64,000 bases of DNA, taken from contig JAADIY010000028.1 in the NCBI GenBank assembly GCA_013151045.1, positions 8,335 to 72,334 of the forward strand. Direction: 5' to 3'. Origin of the DNA: Gammaproteobacteria bacterium. GTDB taxonomy: Bacteria; Pseudomonadota; Gammaproteobacteria; GCA-2400775. Each line of letters begins with the position of its first letter. Within the stretch, counting starts at the first letter, position 1. Below the pieces are notes generated by a model. It had not been told where the DNA came from and did no database searches. It saw nothing but the letters and a program-made list of their open reading frames with translations. Shown here piece by piece: positions 51,448-62,572 of the stretch. Position numbers and translations under genes: made by a program.

Positions 51448-53724
51448 CTAAGCGTGCTTATCACGCTGTATTTTTGCCACCGACTCAACTCTCTTAACTT
51501 TACGCATAATCTTAGCAAGATGACTGCGATCTTCTACATCGACTGTCACATGTAGCACACTATATTTTCCATCGCGGTCTTCAACAGCAATATTATCAAT
51601 ATTAGCGCCCATATCAGAAAATACCGCTGCCACCTTGGCTAACACACCGCGACGATTACGTGCATGGATCGCCACTTCTACTGGAAACACCGAACCGGCC
51701 TCATGCTGCCATTGCACGTCTAATAACTTTTCTGGTGACTTACTTGCGGCGACCGCATTTTTACAAGCCCCTTGATGAACGACGATACCGCGGCCTGAGG
51801 TTAATATTGCACATATCCTATCACCAGGTATGGGGCGACAACATTTACCGTAATTGACCACCATACCTTCGGTGCCTTTAATTGACAGCGGTGCACCCGC
51901 TGAACGTTCTCGTTTCAACCAGTTCGGCACATAGCGGCGCCATCGTTTTGTTTGCTTGCCACCGATTATTAACTGATCACGTATACGTTTTGCCACCAAA
52001 GCAGGCGGCCGGTTTCCTAAGCCAACTTCAGCATAGAGAGATTCCAACGATTCTAAATTAAAATCTGTTAGCAACGCCGCCATCTCGCCGTCTTCTATAT
52101 CTTCGACTTTGATAGAGAAGACATCCAACGTTTTGGTTAACAAACGACGGCCCAATGCCACCGATTCATCTCCACGTAAATTCTTCAAATAATGACGTAT
52201 CTTGCTACGTGCTTTCGCAGTTACAACAAAATTAAGCCAAGCTGCATTCGGGTGAGCGCTCGGCGCAGTAATGATTTCTACTGTCTGGCCATTAACGAGA
52301 GGCGTACTCAAAGGCATTAAGCGACGATCAAGTTTGGCGGCAACACACATTGCGCCGACATCACTGTGCACGGAATAAGCGAAATCCACCGCTGTAGAAC
52401 CACGCGGCAAACGCATGATTTTGCCTTTAGGACTAAAAACATAAACTTCATCGGGAAACAGATCAATCTTAACGTTTTCTAAAAACTCAACCGAATCGCC
52501 GGCTTGTTGCTGCATTTCTAGCAAGCCACTCATCCATTCATGAATATTGGCTGTTGTACCGCTCGATTTTAAATCAGACGTTTTATATATCCAATGCGCA
52601 GCAACACCTGCTTCAGCAACTTTATTCATGTCATGCGTGCGAATCTGCATTTCTACTGGCACCCCGTACGGACCAAACAATATCGTATGCAAGGACTGAT
52701 AACCGTTGGCTTTTGGAATCGCAATATAATCTTTAAATCGGCCATTCACTGGCTTATATAAATGATGCATAACACCCAAAGCGCGGTAACAACTATCAAC
52801 CGTGTCGACCATGACTCGAAAAGCATAGACATCAAACACTTCAGAAAACGATAAATGTTTCTCTTTCATTTTTTGATAAATGCTATAGAGATGTTTCTCG
52901 CGACCTTCGACTTTGGCTTGCAAACCTTCTTGCCATAAGCGTTGTTCTAGTGAGATATCTATTTTTTCAATGACTTCTTTTCGGTTGCCACGCGCGCGCT
53001 TAATCGCCGCATCCAGAATACGATAACGCTGAGGATATAAGGCTTGAAAACCGAGATCTTGCAGCTCGACACGAAATTCATTCATCCCTAAACGATTAGC
53101 CATCGGCGCATAAATTTCTAAGGTTTCTTTGGCAATACGCCGGCGCTTATGACTGGCCAAAGCACCGAGTGTGCGCATATTGTGCAAACGATCAGCTAAC
53201 TTAATAATGATGACACGAATATCGCGCACCATTGCTAGCATCATTTTACGAAAATTTTCTGCTTCAGCTTCGAGCTTATTTTCAAATTCAATCTGGGTAA
53301 GCTTAGTCACGCCATCAACTAGCTCGGCAATCTCATTACCAAACTCAGCTTCAATTTCTTCTTTTTCTACCGATGTGTCTTCAATGACATCGTGCAAAAT
53401 AGCAGCAGTAATAGTGCAGTGATCCAGACGCATTTTGGCAAGAATGCGGGCAACCGCTAATGGGTGGTGAATATAAGGCTCGCCCGATGCACGGTGTTGG
53501 TCACGATGAACGCGCGCGCCAAACTGGTAGGCGCGATAAACCACCGCAACCTGTTCTTCAGGAAGATACTCTTTTAGTAAGGCTTGTAAAGCATCGAGAA
53601 GGTGGCCACCGTCTGGCGTTTCCACCAAAACCGATGACGTCGGAATAGATGATGTTTTAGAGACTCTTGGAGAACTTGCCTCTATGGCCTTAGTCGCTCC
53701 GCTCTCCATCCTGATCGATCTCAA
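51448..53724 (-). CDS. spoT: bifunctional (p)ppGpp synthetase/hydrolase
   Basis: HD motif HHP ... HDVIEDT retained; synthetase, TGS and ACT regions; real start may be a downstream Met. Confidence 0.85.
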   Translation of the reverse strand: MRSIRMESGATKAIEASSPRVSKTSSIPTSSVLVETPDGGHLLDALQALLKEYLPEEQVAVVYRAYQFGARVHRDQHRASGEPYIHHPLAVARILAKMRLDHCTITAAILHDVIEDTSVEKEEIEAEFGNEIAELVDGVTKLTQIEFENKLEAEAENFRKMMLAMVRDIRVIIIKLADRLHNMRTLGALASHKRRRIAKETLEIYAPMANRLGMNEFRVELQDLGFQALYPQRYRILDAAIKRARGNRKEVIEKIDISLEQRLWQEGLQAKVEGREKHLYSIYQKMKEKHLSFSEVFDVYAFRVMVDTVDSCYRALGVMHHLYKPVNGRFKDYIAIPKANGYQSLHTILFGPYGVPVEMQIRTHDMNKVAEAGVAAHWIYKTSDLKSSGTTANIHEWMSGLLEMQQQAGDSVEFLENVKIDLFPDEVYVFSPKGKIMRLPRGSTAVDFAYSVHSDVGAMCVAAKLDRRLMPLSTPLVNGQTVEIITAPSAHPNAAWLNFVVTAKARSKIRHYLKNLRGDESVALGRRLLTKTLDVFSIKVEDIEDGEMAALLTDFNLESLESLYAEVGLGNRPPALVAKRIRDQLIIGGKQTKRWRRYVPNWLKRERSAGAPLSIKGTEGMVVNYGKCCRPIPGDRICAILTSGRGIVVHQGACKNAVAASKSPEKLLDVQWQHEAGSVFPVEVAIHARNRRGVLAKVAAVFSDMGANIDNIAVEDRDGKYSVLHVTVDVEDRSHLAKIMRKVKRVESVAKIQRDKHA

Positions 53725-53744
53725 TCACCGTATTTAAGGGGTGA

Positions 53745-54011
53745 TTATTGTAGCGCGCCGTCCAAATCTGCCTCGCTAATTTCAACTGCTAGCTCAGGCT
53801 CGACCGGCTTAGCGACCTCAGTCAAAATAGAAGCATTGGTCAAACCCTCTGCGATTTCACGTAAAGCAACCACGGTAGGTTTATCGTTTTCCCAAGCGAT
53901 CTTAGGGTCTTGGCCCATCTCAAACTGACGAGCGCGCTTAGTGGCAACCAACACAAGCTCAAAACGGTTGTCGACGTTCTCAAGGCAGTCTTCTACGGTA
54001 ACGCGGGCCAT
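53745..54011 (-). CDS. rpoZ: RNA polymerase omega subunit
   Basis: [29 protein letters not shown]. Confidence 0.9.
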   Translation of the reverse strand: MARVTVEDCLENVDNRFELVLVATKRARQFEMGQDPKIAWENDKPTVVALREIAEGLTNASILTEVAKPVEPELAVEISEADLDGALQ

Positions 54012-54091
54012 AATATCTCCTAAACACCAAATTCTAATCGGCGAATTATACCATAGTTAAGTATTACGCCTAGTAAAACGCCTTAAAAGCG

Positions 54092-54721
54092 CTAATCCAA
54101 GCCAAACAGCCGGCCATATTGCTCAAGCTGCTTGTCGCGGTGTAAATCCGTGACATGAAAAATCGTCTTCATATCCGTAATTGCCGCATCAAAGTCATCG
54201 TTCATCACGATATAATCGAAGTTTTTACACTGCGCGATATCCGTCAAGGCATCGCGCAAACGTCGCTCAATACTCTCATCACTGTCCTGATTACGGCGAC
54301 GTAAACGCTGCTCTAATACCTCCAAAGACGGCGGCAATATAAAGATACTGACGGCGTTTGGCTTATTAAGCTTAACTTGAGCGGCACCCTGCCAGTCAAT
54401 CTCAAGCATGACATTACCGGCATTCCTCAGCCCATCTTCTACAAATTTCCGCGAAGTTCCGTAAAAATTGTCGAAAACACTGGCATTCTCCAAAAACCCA
54501 CCGCCAGCCTCAATTTCTTTAAATTCTTCTTTCGAGACAAAATGGTAATCGACACCATCAACCTCACCCGGACGCATTTTGCGTGTAGTGTGAGAAATCG
54601 AAACATTCAGGTTAGGACGGCTATCGATAAGCGCCTTCACCAAAGAAGTCTTACCCGCACCTGACGGAGCTGATACGACAAATAAAGTCCCCGTCGTTTC
54701 ACTGGGCGTTGCTGCGCTCAT
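54092..54721 (-). CDS. gmk: guanylate kinase
   Basis: GPSGAGKTS P-loop; 209 aa. Confidence 0.9.
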   Translation of the reverse strand: MSAATPSETTGTLFVVSAPSGAGKTSLVKALIDSRPNLNVSISHTTRKMRPGEVDGVDYHFVSKEEFKEIEAGGGFLENASVFDNFYGTSRKFVEDGLRNAGNVMLEIDWQGAAQVKLNKPNAVSIFILPPSLEVLEQRLRRRNQDSDESIERRLRDALTDIAQCKNFDYIVMNDDFDAAITDMKTIFHVTDLHRDKQLEQYGRLFGLD

Positions 54722-54742
54722 TCGAGCCCTCCAAAATAGGTA

Positions 54743-55609
54743 TTATTCAATATTCTGCACTTGTTCGCGCATTTGCTCTATTAGCACCTTCATATCAACG
54801 GTCAGCTGCGTTACCGCGCTATCGACCGATTTTGAAGATAAAGTATTGGTCTCACGATTCAACTCTTGCATGAGAAAATCGAGTCGACGACCAATACTCT
54901 TATCGCTATCGAGCGTATTACGCACTTCTTGAATATGCATGGTCAAACGATCTAATTCTTCTGCAACATCCATTTTTTGCGCAGCGAACAGCAATTCTTG
55001 CTCAACACGAGCAGGGTCTACCTCAACATCTAATTCTTCAATACGAGCAATCAATCGATTACGCCAATGTTCACGTACTTGCGGCAGCTTTTCAGCAACA
55101 TCAGCTGCTGCGGCTTCCAAAGCATCACAGCGTGACAAAATGACAACTTTTAAACTTGCACCTTCACGCAAACGTGAATCGACCAACTGACTCAGCGCCT
55201 CATCCAAAGCTTCCAGCGCAGCCACTTTCAAGGATTCAGGGTCATCGGTATCACTTGCCAGCACACCGCCCCAGTTCAACACATCCAAGGCATTGGCCTG
55301 TGACAAACCATGAATTTCTTGCTGCACCGCATCCATCGCCTCACCCAGCTGCGCCAATACTGCTGTATCAACACGCAATGATGCTGAACCATCGGTCGCT
55401 CGTTCAAACTTGAGATTGCAATCGACTTTACCCCTGCTCAGCTTAGCGCTAACACGCTCGCGCAATACTGGCTCAACCGCATTCCAATCACGCGGTAGGC
55501 GCGGGCTAATTTCAAGGTAACGGTGATTAACCGTCTTAATCTCCCAAGCCAGCTCAGTATCGCCAAAACGACGCCTAACACTAGCAAAACCGGTCATACT
55601 TCGTATCAT
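54743..55609 (-). CDS. yicC: YicC-family stress-induced protein
   Basis: Starts MIRSMTGFA; YicC N- and C-terminal domains. Confidence 0.8.
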   Translation of the reverse strand: MIRSMTGFASVRRRFGDTELAWEIKTVNHRYLEISPRLPRDWNAVEPVLRERVSAKLSRGKVDCNLKFERATDGSASLRVDTAVLAQLGEAMDAVQQEIHGLSQANALDVLNWGGVLASDTDDPESLKVAALEALDEALSQLVDSRLREGASLKVVILSRCDALEAAAADVAEKLPQVREHWRNRLIARIEELDVEVDPARVEQELLFAAQKMDVAEELDRLTMHIQEVRNTLDSDKSIGRRLDFLMQELNRETNTLSSKSVDSAVTQLTVDMKVLIEQMREQVQNIE

Positions 55610-55751
55610 CTTTATCCTCAATAGCTATGCTGACACTTGCACTGATATTTACATTGGCTACCATCCGCTAACATCAGCGTAATACCAATCGGACAGCGCC
55701 GTGCACGAACGTTATAATCCGTCGCTTTTAGCGAATCAATCAGGTTAAATT

Positions 55752-56468
55752 ATGAGCACCACTACCCGACCAAGCGGCCGAGCCCCCGATCAACTGCGCA
55801 CCGTCAAACTTACGCGCAACTATACCAAGCATGCAGAAGGTTCTGTACTAGTAGAGTTCGGCGACACTAAAGTTATTTGCACCGCTTCGGTTGAAACACG
55901 GGTTCCTGGCTTTTTAAAAGGAACTGGCCAAGGTTGGGTTACCGCTGAATACGGCATGCTGCCACGTTCAACCGGCTCACGTATGCGGCGCGAAGCCAAC
56001 GCTGGCAAACAAGGTGGCCGCACCTTAGAAATCCAACGTTTAATTGGTCGCTCCTTACGCGCGGCCATTGACCTCAATGCGCTGGGCGAAAACAGTATCA
56101 GCATCGATTGTGATGTGATCCAAGCCGATGGCGGCACACGTACCGCATCCATCACTGGCGCCTATGTCGCACTCATCGATGCTGTGACATCTATGAAACT
56201 AAAGAAAAACCCGATTCACGGTAGCGTTGCTTCCGTATCCGTCGGCATCTATCAAGGTACACCTGTGCTTGATCTCGATTACGCCGAAGACTCAAACGCC
56301 GAAACCGATATGAACGTCGTCATGAACGAAGCCGGCGCCTTTATCGAAGTACAAGGCACCGCCGAAGGTCATGCTTTTCGCAAAGACGAACTCGACGCCA
56401 TGCTCGCACTAGCAGAAAAAGGCATCGCCGAATTAGTCATACTGCAACAAGAGACCCTGGCCAACTAA
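55752..56468 (+). CDS. rph: ribonuclease PH
   Basis: 238 aa; [24 protein letters not shown]. Confidence 0.9.
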   Translation: MSTTTRPSGRAPDQLRTVKLTRNYTKHAEGSVLVEFGDTKVICTASVETRVPGFLKGTGQGWVTAEYGMLPRSTGSRMRREANAGKQGGRTLEIQRLIGRSLRAAIDLNALGENSISIDCDVIQADGGTRTASITGAYVALIDAVTSMKLKKNPIHGSVASVSVGIYQGTPVLDLDYAEDSNAETDMNVVMNEAGAFIEVQGTAEGHAFRKDELDAMLALAEKGIAELVILQQETLAN

Positions 56469-56484
56469 CTGGGCCCGACTAACC

Positions 56485-57096
56485 ATGGCAGAAAAACGAT
56501 TGGTGTTGGCCAGCAATAACAAAAAGAAGATTGCCGAAATACAAAGCATTCTCACCAGCACCGATGCCGATATTAAAATTGTCACACAAGCCAGCGTCGG
56601 CGTTGAAGAAGTACCAGAAGACGGGCTCAGTTTTGTCGAAAACGCATTAATCAAAGCACGTAATGCCAGTAAAGTCTCAGGCCTACCGGCCATCGCCGAT
56701 GATTCTGGCCTAGAAGTCGACGCTCTCAACAGCGCACCTGGTATTTATTCGGCACGCTATGCTGGCGAAAATGCCAGTGATAATGACAACAATCAAAAAC
56801 TATTAGCAGCACTTAGCAATAAAGCAAGTGAAGAACGCACCGCACGTTTTTATTGCGCCATCGTTTATCTACGTCACGAGCTAGACCCCACACCATTGAT
56901 TTGTAGCGCCGCATGGGAAGGTCATATTCTCAAAACAGCGCAGGGCGAAAACGGCTTTGGTTACGACACACTGTTTTATGTGCCGACACACGATTGCAGC
57001 TCAGCACAACTCGCACCCGAGACCAAATCACAAATCAGTCATCGTGGCCAAGCATTGCGCTTATTTGCCGAGCGCTATCAGGCGCTACAACCATAA
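56485..57096 (+). CDS. rdgB: dITP/XTP pyrophosphatase
   Basis: 203 aa; Ham1 family motifs. Confidence 0.85.
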   Translation: MAEKRLVLASNNKKKIAEIQSILTSTDADIKIVTQASVGVEEVPEDGLSFVENALIKARNASKVSGLPAIADDSGLEVDALNSAPGIYSARYAGENASDNDNNQKLLAALSNKASEERTARFYCAIVYLRHELDPTPLICSAAWEGHILKTAQGENGFGYDTLFYVPTHDCSSAQLAPETKSQISHRGQALRLFAERYQALQP

Positions 57097-57097
57097 G

Positions 57098-58285
57098 GTG
57101 TATCAATTCACCGCACCACCACCGCTAGCTTTATATATCCATCTACCATGGTGCGTAAAAAAGTGTCCCTATTGTGATTTCAATTCACACGGCCTCAAAG
57201 ACGACCTACCCGAACAACAATACATCGATGCCCTATTCGGCGATCTCGAAAACGAACTGCCTTTAGTCTGGGGCAGATCGATATCAAGCATCTTCCTCGG
57301 CGGCGGCACACCCAGTTTATTTAGCGCGAAATCTATAGATCAATTGCTCGCCGGCATACGCGCGCGCTTACCACTACGCGGCGATTGCGAAATCACCATG
57401 GAAGCCAATCCCGGCACAGTCGAACAAGAACGTTTTGCCACCTATCGACAATCAGGCATAAACCGATTATCCATAGGCATACAAAGTTTTAATGATGCAC
57501 ACCTACAAGCACTAGGGCGCATACACGATAGCGATCAGGCCAAGCGCGCCATCGACACTGCAAAACAAGCCGGCTTCGAACGCATCAATCTAGACTTAAT
57601 GTATGGCCTACCCAATCAAACGATTGAACAAGCACTCGATGATTTAAACACAGCCATCAGCTTCGAGTCCGAGCACCTTTCGCATTACCAACTAACCATT
57701 GAACCCGATACCGCATTTGCCAAACAACCGCCAAGCTTACCGACCGACGATGATCGCTGGACAATGCAAGACCAATGTCAGCAACAACTCGCCGACGCCG
57801 GCTATGAACAATATGAAGTGTCTGCCTATGCGCAAAATAACAACGGACATAAAAAACGCAGCCGCCACAATATGAATTATTGGACACACGGTGATTACCT
57901 TGGCATCGGTGCAGGCGCCCACGGCAAAATTACCATCGGCCCCGAACAACGTATCGAACGACGCTCAAAACTGCGTAACCCACTACGTTATATAGAAGCT
58001 GCGAAAACCAACACCTTTATTGAAGAAAGCCATGATGTTGACGCCGATAATACTATTTTCGAATTTATGCTCAATGGCCTACGCTTAGTCGACGGCATTA
58101 GTCTAGAAACCTTCAGCCTACATACCGGCCTCGACAACAGTCTAATTAAAGATAAAATGGAACTAGCACAGGAACGCGGCTTGTTAGAAAACAATGCAAC
58201 ACATTTACAACCTAGCGAACAAGGGCGACGTTTTTTAAACGACTTAACCGAATTGTTTTTACCTCAATCTTCATCTCAACAATAG
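57098..58285 (+). CDS. hemW: radical SAM heme chaperone HemW (YggW)
   Basis: CVKKCPYCDFNS radical-SAM motif; GTG start just after the rdgB stop (the longer ORF-track start overlaps rdgB). Confidence 0.8.
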   Translation: MYQFTAPPPLALYIHLPWCVKKCPYCDFNSHGLKDDLPEQQYIDALFGDLENELPLVWGRSISSIFLGGGTPSLFSAKSIDQLLAGIRARLPLRGDCEITMEANPGTVEQERFATYRQSGINRLSIGIQSFNDAHLQALGRIHDSDQAKRAIDTAKQAGFERINLDLMYGLPNQTIEQALDDLNTAISFESEHLSHYQLTIEPDTAFAKQPPSLPTDDDRWTMQDQCQQQLADAGYEQYEVSAYAQNNNGHKKRSRHNMNYWTHGDYLGIGAGAHGKITIGPEQRIERRSKLRNPLRYIEAAKTNTFIEESHDVDADNTIFEFMLNGLRLVDGISLETFSLHTGLDNSLIKDKMELAQERGLLENNATHLQPSEQGRRFLNDLTELFLPQSSSQQ

Positions 58286-58297
58286 GCACAAGAAAAA

Positions 58298-59152
58298 ATG
58301 AGTACACACCCCATTATCATCAGCGGCAATCTAAACGATTCCACTCTAGAAACAATCAAACAAAAAATTGGTGGTGTAATACAAGAACAGAAAGACTTGC
58401 TTATTATAAATGTCGATACTTCGATACCGAAGCAAAAGCTAATCGAACTACGCAACACGTTAAGCGAAGAATACCAAATTGATATCAACCAACTCCCTGA
58501 GACATTCGACCCAAGCAAAATAGGGCTGGTGCTCAGCGATATGGACTCCACTTTTATCGCCATAGAGTGCATCGATGAAATCGCTGACTTCGCCAACATC
58601 AAACCACAAATTTCCGAAATCACCGAATTAGCCATGCACGGCGAAATCGATTTCGAAACCTCACTTAAAAAACGCGTCGGCCTACTCGCCAACCTCGACA
58701 CCAGCGCACTCGAACGTGTTTACAAAGAACGCCTAAAACTCAACCCAGGTGCCGCAGACCTAGTCAAAGGCCTACACGAAAATTCGATCCCCTTCGCATT
58801 AGTCTCCGGTGGCTTCACCTACTTCACCGAGAAACTCAAAGCCGAATACCAACTCGACTTCATTAAAGCCAACACTTTAGAAGTCATCGACAACAAACTC
58901 AGTGGCAAAGTATTAGGCGAAATCGTCGACGCACAAACCAAAGCCCATTATTTAGAAGAACTCTGCCAAACTCTCGGCATACAAACTAACCAAGTTATTT
59001 GCATGGGTGATGGTGCGAACGACTTATTGATGATGGAGAAAGCAGGCTTAAGTGTTGGCTATTGCGCGAAGCCGATTGTTCAGGAAAAGGCCGATATTGT
59101 AATTAATCATTCCGGATTAAACGTATTATTGGATCTAGCAATAGCACCCTAA
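58298..59152 (+). CDS. serB: phosphoserine phosphatase
   Basis: HAD motif LSDMDSTFI plus GDGANDL. Confidence 0.85.
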   Translation: MSTHPIIISGNLNDSTLETIKQKIGGVIQEQKDLLIINVDTSIPKQKLIELRNTLSEEYQIDINQLPETFDPSKIGLVLSDMDSTFIAIECIDEIADFANIKPQISEITELAMHGEIDFETSLKKRVGLLANLDTSALERVYKERLKLNPGAADLVKGLHENSIPFALVSGGFTYFTEKLKAEYQLDFIKANTLEVIDNKLSGKVLGEIVDAQTKAHYLEELCQTLGIQTNQVICMGDGANDLLMMEKAGLSVGYCAKPIVQEKADIVINHSGLNVLLDLAIAP

Positions 59153-59676
59153 GCCTTATTGATTCCTTTTAAGTAGAAGTGTCTGCCCTAGCGCCCTAAA
59201 GACATCTCATTAAGTCCATATTATAAAAAACTCGTATATAGTCTTCTAAATTAGCCGACACTTTACTGTGTTAAGGTATTTATTTTTAATAGCCACACTG
59301 GCATATTTAGTATCTTGGTTTTCTGTATTAGCGATTGCTTATCAATTGCTATAAAACATTCTCTGAATATCTGATCCCTTAATTATGATTATCGTGAATT
59401 TAAAGGGATAAGTTCTTTTGAATACTTGAGTGTAGGACGCTATGCGAAGTCAACTTCTCAAGGAACTGGAGGATACTCTAACCAAGTATTTCGAGTTAGG
59501 TTTGGTATTGGACTGAATTTTATTTTTCTAGTTTTTCTTTATTATTGTTTTCCGCCTTCTTGGCGAGTTATTTTTTTTACGCAAAAAGTAACCAAAAGTC
59601 TTACTCCCACACAGAAGCCGCTGAAAAGGTCGCGAAAAACCAAAGAGTACTAAAGTTCTAATACCCTAAAAATCAA

Positions 59677-60255
59677 TCAATCCATCCAATTGAAGAACAC
59701 ATCGAATATGCGAAATGGGTTTTCCCCAAGATTTGTTTCAATTTGCGTTTCAAATGTTAACTTTCTTTTTGCTACAGCTTCGGGAAGAACATAAAAACCT
59801 GCATTTTTTAATGCATTCAAAATATGAGTTTCACCATTCTCCACCAAAATACGCGGCAACTTATATAGACTGGCCGGATGGAGAAAGCCACTCGAACCGG
59901 AACTACCTTTCTTCGTTTTTTTTGTGGCTCCATATATAGCCAGCGGCGCTGAATATGATAACCAAAGACTTACACCGCTAATTTCTTGCCCAACCTGCTT
60001 CTTTGTTACAATCGTTGATCCATTACTTGGGTAAATAAATAAATCAAGATATGACACCCAACCACTACCATATGAATCTATCAACTCTACTGTTAGTGAT
60101 TGTCTCTCCTTAAGATAATTGGCAACCTCATATAGTCTAGCTCTTCCTGTCGGAGCAAACTTTTCTCTCCATGGTGGCTTATCACCAATCGACTTACCAT
60201 CTATTACTCGACGTAAGTTTTGTTCTGTAATAAGTTGTTCAATCAAGTCCGTCAT
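59677..60255 (-). CDS. hypothetical protein in AT-rich islet
   Basis: 192 aa ORF with no recognised domain; flanked by AT-rich non-coding DNA and repeats. Confidence 0.4.
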   Translation of the reverse strand: MTDLIEQLITEQNLRRVIDGKSIGDKPPWREKFAPTGRARLYEVANYLKERQSLTVELIDSYGSGWVSYLDLFIYPSNGSTIVTKKQVGQEISGVSLWLSYSAPLAIYGATKKTKKGSSGSSGFLHPASLYKLPRILVENGETHILNALKNAGFYVLPEAVAKRKLTFETQIETNLGENPFRIFDVFFNWMD

Positions 60256-60350
60256 ACTTTCTACTTTTGTATATTAAAATTTCTACTGGCAAAGAATATT
60301 AACACCTCAAAGCATTCTCGAGTTTTTTGGTTTCGCGACCCTCTCAGCAG

Positions 60351-60446
60351 CCTCTATATCCTATTCAATATGCGATTAGAGTGAGGGCTGTCTGAACGAA
60401 TAAAATGAGTGAGTTCCGCAGCTCCGCATATTGAATAGGATATAGA
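60351..60446. repeat. 23-bp perfect inverted repeat with 50-nt spacer
   Basis: ctctatatcctattcaatatgcg (60351-60373) and its exact reverse complement (60424-60446); extra complementary outer bases (cagcagc / gctgctg). Confidence 0.6.
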
Positions 60447-60874
60447 GGTTACGCCTGGAAGGCGGCTGCTGTGTGTGGGAGCTGGGGTTTTGGTTACTTT
60501 TGACCCCAAAAGTAACTCGTCCAAAAAGGACGAAAAACAATGCAAAAAATATCACACTAAACCAGCAATTAACACTCGCTCCCCCTCAACCCACTTAACC
60601 CCAACCCTCTCACCCCCCTCAACCAAGCCAAGCACCGGCGCAGCCTCCTCCCCACATAAACCCCGCCAAAACCAACTCATTCCCCTCAGCACCATGACTC
60701 CACAATAAATCCAAACGCGCTATATCAACGACATACTCATCGTCATGAATATCAGACTGCGAAGTTAAGTAATCTGGAAAGGACCGAGAGATATCAATAA
60801 TATTGGGTGAGGTAAGAGCCTAACCTAACAATGATTCACAACCAAAAAATCGAAAAATCTTTTCACCTAGCTTG

Positions 60875-62572
60875 CTAAGTTGCTGCCCTGCTTGGATACA
60901 GCGGCGCCAAGCCAGCGTGTTTTTTATTATTTTTGGTTTTATTCATGCGCTCTACCACTTTTACTAACTCCTCACCCTGCCATGCAGAATTAGCACTATT
61001 ACCATAGAGACAATCATTGAGATGATTGATTTGCGTATGCAGGTCTTCATCATCTAATTGCAGCGCTTTATCACTGATTGTTCCCTTAGCTAACTCAGGA
61101 AAACGTATGGACAACCATTGCTCTAGCGCTTGCTTTGCCAATCGAGCGTCATTGGCTAAACACTGATTTTTAAGCTGGTGATAAGCATGTCGTAGTGTTG
61201 GATTGTCTACTGGCTTTTGTAGTGATTTCGATGGTTGCTGGCTCTGATTGCGTGTTGACCATAGATACACCAAGGTTAGCGCCCAGGCGAAGGTCGAAAA
61301 CAATGCTAAATATTGCCACCATGATTGCACACCATTAGTATCGCTTTGTATTGGTGCATTAGTATTATTTAAAGCGGCTTGCTCATTGCCAAAAGAGAAA
61401 CCATCTACTAAACTCGTAATATCCAGCGCCGGTAATATTATTAATGTCTTTTCTGGTAACACGGCTGTTTGAAAGCGTTTGTTTTGAGTATCCCACCACT
61501 TGATAGATAACTTGGGAACGATATAGCTCCCTTCTTGCGTGGGAATGAACGCTAAGGTCTCGGTACGCTGACCGATCACGCCCTGGTCTGTTGTTTCATT
61601 TTTGAGTTCTGGTTTTTCTGGATAAATATTAAGGCCATCAATATCGGCCATGCTAATTTCTGGCAACCGTGCTGACGATAGACCTTCTGCCGTGAGCTGT
61701 ATTTTTCTTAATAAAGGCTCACCCACTCGCACACTACTTGGATCCGCACCCCAGCTTTCGCTAAGGGTCAAACGTTTAGCTGGCAACCAATCTGCTATGA
61801 TTTGCCCTTGAGGGATAGGCTTGACGACAATCCTCTGCTCATCAGAAGCAATGCGTATTTGTTGACTACGTTGACCAAAGCGATCTATACCAAAACCAAA
61901 GCGACTGCCGCCACCGACGACCGCATGCAGTTCTTGTTGCGGTATGACTAACTCACCTTCTTTATTGGCAAAGATGGCATAGCGACGCTCCACTACATTG
62001 TAGCGACGGCCATCGATACTGCGTTGATATCGTTGCTCAGGTATTTCTTCAACCTCTACACCCGTCAGCTCTAAAGGCTGTAAGCTTGCGTTAGATAAGT
62101 CCGTTGCGTACAAAACACGTAACGTATAGAGCAATTGCTCACCAACAATAATTTCTTTTTTATCAACATCAACCTCTAAAAGCACATTACGGTCTTGGCT
62201 TATATTGTCTATTTGCTTTGGCTCTGTCACAAAAACTGTTTTAGCGAGAGAAACTTTCCCCTTCAGTTCAAATGCTGGAATCAGCAGACTGCCTACTCGC
62301 CGTGGTTTTAACTGTAGAGTAAGCGTGGTACTAGATTTCGATTCGCCATTCGTGATGTTAAAACTACTTTGCGTTGAGCGACTGGTGATTTCAAAATCTT
62401 TACGTAATTGCATCAAATCAATATCGGACAAGTCTTGTCGACTATCGCTTTGTATTTGCAACGTTAATGTTTCATTTTGTGCCAGCGAACTACGATCTAC
62501 TTTTGCTGTTAAAGCAAATGTCGCATTACTCAATATCATCAAAACTATAAAAGCTACACTTCGTATCACCAT
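60875..62572 (-). CDS. BatD-like (aerotolerance-operon-type) secreted/membrane protein
   Basis: 565 aa; signal peptide; C-terminal TM; follows a BatB-like gene. Confidence 0.55.
   Translation of the reverse strand: MVIRSVAFIVLMILSNATFALTAKVDRSSLAQNETLTLQIQSDSRQDLSDIDLMQLRKDFEITSRSTQSSFNITNGESKSSTTLTLQLKPRRVGSLLIPAFELKGKVSLAKTVFVTEPKQIDNISQDRNVLLEVDVDKKEIIVGEQLLYTLRVLYATDLSNASLQPLELTGVEVEEIPEQRYQRSIDGRRYNVVERRYAIFANKEGELVIPQQELHAVVGGGSRFGFGIDRFGQRSQQIRIASDEQRIVVKPIPQGQIIADWLPAKRLTLSESWGADPSSVRVGEPLLRKIQLTAEGLSSARLPEISMADIDGLNIYPEKPELKNETTDQGVIGQRTETLAFIPTQEGSYIVPKLSIKWWDTQNKRFQTAVLPEKTLIILPALDITSLVDGFSFGNEQAALNNTNAPIQSDTNGVQSWWQYLALFSTFAWALTLVYLWSTRNQSQQPSKSLQKPVDNPTLRHAYHQLKNQCLANDARLAKQALEQWLSIRFPELAKGTISDKALQLDDEDLHTQINHLNDCLYGNSANSAWQGEELVKVVERMNKTKNNKKHAGLAPLYPSRAAT

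Noticed and set aside
59426-59653. 75-aa ORF in the AT-rich spacer upstream of the orphan gene
   Set aside because: AT-rich, with no RBS and biased low-complexity composition; treated as non-coding.
60475-60708. Proline/threonine-rich 77-aa ORF over a C-rich tract
   Set aside because: Low-complexity translation of a C-rich non-coding stretch (ctccccctcaacccac...); no start context; treated as non-coding.
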